Position numbers and translations under genes: made by a program. A model generated the notes under the pieces. The model did no database searches. It had not been told where the DNA came from and saw nothing but the letters and a program-made list of their open reading frames with translations. A stretch of DNA of 64,000 nucleotides from Antedon mediterranea (Eukaryota > Animalia > Echinodermata): assembly GCF_964355755.1 (NCBI RefSeq), contig NC_092680.1, positions 1,860,001 through 1,924,000 of the forward strand, in the 5' to 3' direction. This document shows, piece after piece, positions 63,163 to 64,000 of the stretch; within the stretch, counting starts at the first letter, position 1, and each line of letters opens with the position of its first letter.

Positions 63163-64000
63163 TTAAATAATAATTCGGTTCGATGTTCGAAGTTCGAAAG
63201 GTCGCTCTTTCCTGGTCAAATTTCTGTAAATCAATCAATTTAATAAACTTTATTGGTAAAATCTACAGTAGGCCTATATAATTCTGTTAAAATTTCAGCA
63301 TTCCAGCAATATTAGTCTGTGTGAAGGCGGGCTCCTGCTCGTTCTTTCCTGGTCAAATGCTCTGTAAATCTAAAAGTTGGGTTTACAAGGCCTAAGGGAG
63401 TGACAGTAATGTACTGTAAAGACATGAAACACGTCATATATTCATAATACAGTACGACATTGTGCAATTTTAATTGCTGGTTTCTCTCCTACCCAATCTC
63501 CATTAGCTGTCTCATTATCTATGTTTTTCTTAGCATATTATGTGACAGGGTTTAAATGACTGCTATTTTGTTTACGTGACATCAACCCACTTTAGAGTCA
63601 AGGTTGCATATTATTAAAATACCTCCCTGGTTGCAAAAAAATATGTATTTTAATATACAGTATATACTGAAATTATTGTGTTACTTCCAAGTGGTATCGA
63701 TGTTTTTCTTTTAGTGTTTTATTTGGTAGTACCAATAAGAATAATCTTACCACCTGCTAACATTTTGGAAAGCTTTCCAAAACTTTTTTTAAAAATAAAA
63801 ATTCATTTTTAACGGTTTTAAGCCTAGTCTATGGCAAACTTTTTGTTTCAAAACTCGAGCAAACTTTGATTTGTCAGACCAGTTGAAAACTTTGGCACAA
63901 ACGGCAAAAAAAAAACATGTTTACAATTTAGACAGTTGGTGTACAGTATAATGTTACCGTTATTTATAGCAGTAATCTTAAAGATATATTAAAAAATAAT

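Overview
AT-rich, intron-rich animal genomic DNA from a marine invertebrate; an echinoderm-like deuterostome is inferred, not proven. Six spliced protein-coding genes can be rebuilt by hand. On the minus strand: a secreted furin/PC-type proprotein convertase, an ERK3/ERK4-type atypical MAP kinase and dolichol kinase. On the plus strand: an SLC35A4-like nucleotide-sugar transporter, an SLC27/FATP acyl-CoA synthetase and the 5' part of a pentameric (subgroup B) thrombospondin that runs off the window. Non-coding DNA is rich in mobile elements: a young Rex1/Babar-like LINE inserted in an old CR1, a TTAA-flanked Kolobok-like MITE, a non-autonomous hAT element carrying a tRNA-derived SINE, about 20 Tourist/Harbinger-like MITEs of two families, and several minisatellites. 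The most striking signals are: (i) at least seven 12-30 bp CA...TG palindromes flanked by 7-bp target duplications, two of them nested, which look like P-element-superfamily excision scars; (ii) two Penelope-type minimal hammerhead ribozymes, one in sense orientation inside a convertase intron; (iii) a T-D-N activation loop in the ERK3/4-like kinase; (iv) a frame-complementary 22+29 nt microexon pair in the thrombospondin linker. All calls were made by eye without database searches, and coordinates marked ~ are approximate.
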